Of a stretch of DNA of 64,000 nt, positions 59,803 to 64,000 are shown piece by piece. The notes beneath the pieces were generated by a model. That model made no database searches and was not told where the DNA came from. It saw only the letters and a list, made by a program, of their open reading frames with translations. Position 1 is the first letter of the stretch; every line of letters starts with the position of its first letter. Source of the stretch: Camelus dromedarius (lineage: Eukaryota). The stretch lies in contig NC_087449.1 in the NCBI RefSeq assembly GCF_036321535.1, positions 46,624,001 through 46,688,000 on the forward strand. Reading direction: 5' to 3'. Made by a program: the position numbers and the translations under genes.

Positions 59803-61169
59803 AAGAACCCAACCTCCTCCACATGAAGGCAGACCCAGGCTGTGGAGGGTCGCACTCTCCGCCTCCTTGTATGCCCTCCTTCTCTCCTGTCTGTGGACGT
59901 GCGCTTGAACCTCTGCTTCTCACACCACACACTCTGCTCGGGCAGCTTCACCTCTGACTCCTCTGAGGCAGTTCCTGATACCTTAAATCCCCCCCAGATT
60001 GTTCTGGGCATCCCCAGGTCGCTTCATGTGGCTTTGACAACCCCCAGTGTCTGCTGCTTCCGTTTGGTCCCCATAGAAGTGCAGAGGGCCAGCTGTGTCC
60101 CCTAGGTTGAAGGGGGCTACCACTCCACTGTCTGAGGTCCTGGGGGGCTGCTGCTGACTCAGCTGCTGGCAGGGGCCCTTGGAGGTGGAGAGAACGGCCC
60201 CCCCAACTCCCACTTGTGTTAATGGAGGCACCTTGTATCGAGTCCCAGAGCCTGAGGCTATTGGGCTGTGCTGGGCACCAGGCAAGCCAGCAGAGCTGTG
60301 CTCAGAATCAACTTCACCTTCATCTTTGGACCAAGCTCTAGACCACGGTTCTCCCTTCCCTTAGGTGTGTTTTCCCCAGAGACCCACGTTTTTCCTCATG
60401 CCACAGCTCCTGGTGGGCCTGCCTTGCTGCTTTCCTGGGTCCGAGGACGGATGTGCTGGGCCCCCTGCATCCTTCGGTACCACTCATCATCCCTTCTAGT
60501 GATCATCCTTTGACGCCGCTGTCTGCTGATCTCATCCTCTAGCCATTGGGGTATCATTTGAAACAGATATTTATCATAACACAGTTTTTGAGCCTTAAAT
60601 GAGGACATGGGTCAGGAGCCGCAGCTTGAGTCTGCAGAACTTGCCACGTCCCTGGGGCTTCTCCCAGGAGGAATTCTGTCTGTACACCCAGTGGGAATGA
60701 AAGGGCAGGAAAACCCCTGCAAAGACCTGTGGATGCTCCTTTTGGAAACTTAAAGCTTCTTAAGGCCAATTTGGTGACTTAAAAAAAAAAAAAAGCTTTA
60801 TTGTTTCAGTAAAAATGCTTTATCAAATGCAGGATAGCTTAATGGGTGAGAGCATGGATGATGGGGCCTGACTGCCTGGGTTTGGCTCTGGTCTCTTACT
60901 GGCTGTGGGACTGTGGGTGAGCCGTTCGACCTCTCTGTGCCTTGGTATCCCTGTCCTCTAAAATGGAGGTGATAACAGTATCCACTTCACAGCGCTGTTG
61001 TGAGGACAAGTGACTTAACGTATGTAAGGGACTGAAACAGTTCACAGCCGCAGTGGGTGCGGTTAAGCCTTCCCCTCATTACTAACCATTTTAACAATGC
61101 AGAAGGAAGCAGAAGTCACCCCAAGTGCTACTACCCAGGGGACCTTCCAGCCATCTCTCTTTGGGCTGA

Positions 61170-61690
61170 AGCTCACGTAGTTTTCTGTAAATGTGATTTA
61201 TGATACATGCGAATACTTTTTCTTTTTCTCACTTAACCGTATGTCTTGGAGATTTTTCCATATCGCTCCATATAGATCTACTTCATTCTTTGAAAATTAA
61301 TATTAATGAACTACAGTTTATTTGCCCATCACTGGCATGTGGGCGTGGAGGTGGTTTCCAATTTTTCACGATTATGAACAACACCGTGTGCACCTACCCG
61401 TGTAGCGCTACACACAACGTTTCCTTGCACTGGGGCTGTTAGCTCCTTGGGCTAAATTCTAAACGTGGGAATGCTGGGTCAAAGAGGATGCGCATTTTAC
61501 ATTGTGATACATGTGGCCAAGCTGCCCTTTGGAAAGGCTGTACCAATTTACACCCTCTCTCTTAATGACGTCTTTTGGCGGAACATTTTTCATTTTGATT
61601 CTGAGTCTCTCATCAGATTTACCCTGTGCCCCAGGTGAGGCCACCTGACCTCAGAGAAAGCTGGGTGAACATGCATATATATTTTTTATT
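61170..61690 (-). mobile_element. Old L1M fragment
   Basis: ggagatttttccatatc, tttccaatttttcacgattatgaacaac, ggaatgctgggtcaaagaggatgcgcatttt. Confidence 0.65.
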
Positions 61691-61929
61691 AGTCCATGCG
61701 ATCACGAGCTGCAAGCGTGGTCACAGAGGGCACTTCCTGAGGGCGGCCGTTGAGGTGTGCGGTGCCGCTGCTGCGGCTCTTCTTCAGGCAGAAAGGGCGA
61801 ACCATGAAGCATGCGGAAGCTCGTTGAAAAAGTGACTTTGATGAATGTTAAGCATTGTTCTCTCCAGCCTGCCCATTGAAGCGGCCTGGTCGAGGTGACC
61901 TGATTTTGCACGTGAGCAGAGGCTTCGAG

Positions 61930-62200
61930 TGGCAGACTGTTCATGGCAGAGCTGGCTGGGACACCAGCTCCCATTGCATAAGCTTGTGTACATGGGACCA
62001 GGTCACATCTTGGTGGAGTCTAATTCCTTTCGTTTTGAATCAGGGCTGGCTTGGGACTGCTTTGACTCTCAGATGGAGTCTGATGGAAGTGATGCCTTGC
62101 CCGAATTTCTGAAGCACAATTTGGGAGCAGAATAAAATGGTGGTGGTTTTATGTCACTAAGTTTTGGGGTGATTTGTTACACAGTCATGAAAACTGGAAC
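61930..62200 (+). mobile_element. MLT1 LTR fragment
   Basis: tgaatcagggctggcttgggactgctttgac...aataaaatggtggtggttttatgtcactaagttttggggtgatttgttacacag...gaaca. Confidence 0.7.
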
Positions 62201-62532
62201 ATTGGGCCACTGCTTACTGGGGAAGACAGTCCAAGGAAATGCAGCAATTTTCAACCTTTTGGTACCTGATAATCAACTGGGGTTCTCAAAATGAGTGCAG
62301 ATTCCTGGGCCCCTCCTTCAGAGGCTCTAATTCATTTGACTTGGTGTGACGTTGGGGAATCTGCATTTTCAAATGAGCGGCCCAGGAAATTCTGACATAA
62401 GTGGTACTGAATCAAAAACTTTGGTGAATTGTTTAAGAACAGGAGACTTGCATTTGTATTCTGATTCTGTGACTACCATCTCCCTGGGCCTTGGTTCTTT
62501 ATCTGTAAAGTGGGGGCAATTGTGATTCCTAC

Positions 62533-63744
62533 TGATACAGGAAAAATGGGGTTTGAGGAGGGCCATGTCCCAGGTCTCGGTTGAGCCCCTGGGATGCGCC
62601 CCACCAAGTGTGGGTCCTTGGCTTCGTGCAGGAAAGAATTCAGGAGAGAGCCACAGTTGAATAAAGGTAGATTTATTTAGAGAGATACATACTGCATGGA
62701 GTGTAGGCTGTTTCAAAAGGCAAGAGAAAGGCCACAAGGTGTGGGGACTGGGTGCTCAGATTAGAGTAAAATTAGATACACACTCCATAGACAGAGTGCG
62801 GGCAGTCTCTGAAGATGAGGGAGGGAGAGGTGGCCACGAGGCGCCGTGTTGCCAGTTTTATGGGCTCTGTAGCTTTATATGCTAACAAGTGAGAGGACCA
62901 TTCCAACTACTCTGGGGAAGGGGCTGCGAGTCCCAGGAAGCTGGCCATTGCCCACTCTTTGACATTTTGTGGTTAGCCTTGGTGTTGCTGAAATATCGGC
63001 CCCCGTCCCTGACGAGCCGAATAACCCAGACAAGGTCTTGGAGCTTAGAAGAAAAGAGGCAATTTTATTGCTTTGCTAGGCAAAGGTGACTCAGAGCAGG
63101 CTGGTGCCTTCAAAACTGTTACCCCCACCTTGCGGTTGGGTAATGTGGTTATACAGCCATAGCTCAAACAATAAAGCATCGATAACAATTGACAGAATCA
63201 TTTTCTCATCAGAAGACTTAGAATGACGTCATGATGCCTCCAGGCGACCAATTCTATAGAGGTCAGCAGTTAGATCTCTTTATCTTGTAAGCACTCGAGG
63301 TGTGGTCTTCTTGGTAATTCAGGCTATTTTGTAAGGTTACAGTCCTGTGACCTTCTCCTTGGAAAAGGACTCAGAGACCAAGCAAGAAATAGTAAGATAA
63401 ATAGCTTTAGTTTTAACAATGGGCCTGGAACTGTGAGTAGCACCCGGTCAGTCAGGTCAGTTGACTGTTTTAAGGGCAAGTATAAGAATAAGCAATCTGA
63501 GCCTAAGTGCGGCCATTTTATTAATCCTCCTTCATTGGGACTGTCATGGCACCTGTGGGCATGTTATTTACCATGCTAATATATTACAATGGGCGTATAA
63601 TGAGGCACAAGTTCTTCTGGAAGTCAAATCTCCCACCATCTTAAGCCTCAAGGCCTGCTGGGAGTTGAATCTTCCACCATTCTGGTGTTAATTACTGCAT
63701 CATTCCTTAAATGGTTGTGCCCTGCCCCCTTCCTTCCTGTCTCA
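62533..63744 (-). mobile_element. MER41-like solo LTR (same family as 13923-14545) carrying a nested LTR
   Basis: Ends TGATACAGG...CCTGTCTCA; near-TSD ctac/ctat (62529-62532, 63745-63748); minus-strand AATAAA 62672-62677; flanks rejoin as a MIR. Confidence 0.85.
62983..63534 (-). mobile_element. Second ERV solo LTR nested in the MER41-like LTR
   Basis: TG...CA ends, TSD TTGG at 62979-62982 and 63535-63538; minus-strand AATAAA 63064-63069; removing it restores gttagccttgggactgtcatggcacc. Confidence 0.8.
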
Positions 63745-63784
63745 CTATTTCATGGTGATTTTGAGGGGGTTAAAAAGACATTAA

Positions 63785-64000
63785 GGTGGGGGTGGAGGGT
63801 GGGAAGGGATAGACTGGGATTTCAAAATTGTAGAATAGATAAACAAGATTACACTGTATAGCACAGGGAAATATACACAAAATGTTATGATAACTCACAG
63901 AGAAAAAAATGTGACAATGAGTGTGTATATGTCCATGAATGACTGAAAAATTGTGCTGAACACTGGAATTTGACACAACATTGTAAAATGATTATAAATC
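63785..64000 (+). mobile_element. Young L1 3' tail (family of 5410-5640), cut by the window end
   Basis: gggtgggaagggatagactgggatttcaaa...tatagcacagggaaatata...gaatttgacacaacattgtaaaatga is close to the reverse complement of 5410-5640. Confidence 0.85.

Noticed and set aside
13133-63093. About a dozen scattered AP-1 heptamers (TGA(C/G)TCA)
   Set aside because: Count is near the chance expectation for 64 kb, many lie in repeats, and they do not cluster.
1-64000. CRISPR arrays, prokaryotic systems, rRNA, additional genes such as GJA4 or SMIM12 exons
   Set aside because: No repeat-spacer array or such sequence was seen. GJA4 is expected just outside the window beyond position 1, and no SMIM12 coding exon was recognised.

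Overview
Mammalian genomic DNA, most likely camelid (four vic-1-like tRNA-derived SINEs and cetartiodactyl-type L1 3' tails; no ruminant or pig SINEs recognised). It holds the beta-connexin cluster on the minus strand in transcription order GJB5 (Cx31.1, 31013-31834), GJB4 (Cx30.3, 27116-27916) and GJB3 (Cx31, 4235-5047). Each gene has one coding exon, a predicted non-coding first exon and an AATAAA signal. The rest is intergenic and repeat-rich (L2, MIR, L1, MLT/ERV LTRs, hAT and Tigger MITEs) with three short N gaps; I could not support a fourth gene, and the other ORFs in the track look like chance or GC shadows. I found no convincing new multi-gene system. The best leads are: a possible gene-conversion tract between GJB3 and GJB4 in extracellular loop 1; a MER41-like solo LTR with a perfect NF-kB palindrome upstream of GJB3; an orphan CpG island with a long Z-DNA-prone (GT)n(GC)n tract; a 21-bp E-box minisatellite upstream of GJB5; a MIR/LTR/LTR nest; candidate p63 and CTCF sites; and possible promoter swapping between paralogues by read-through splicing. 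Repeat family names and human comparisons are from memory and need RepeatMasker/BLAST confirmation.
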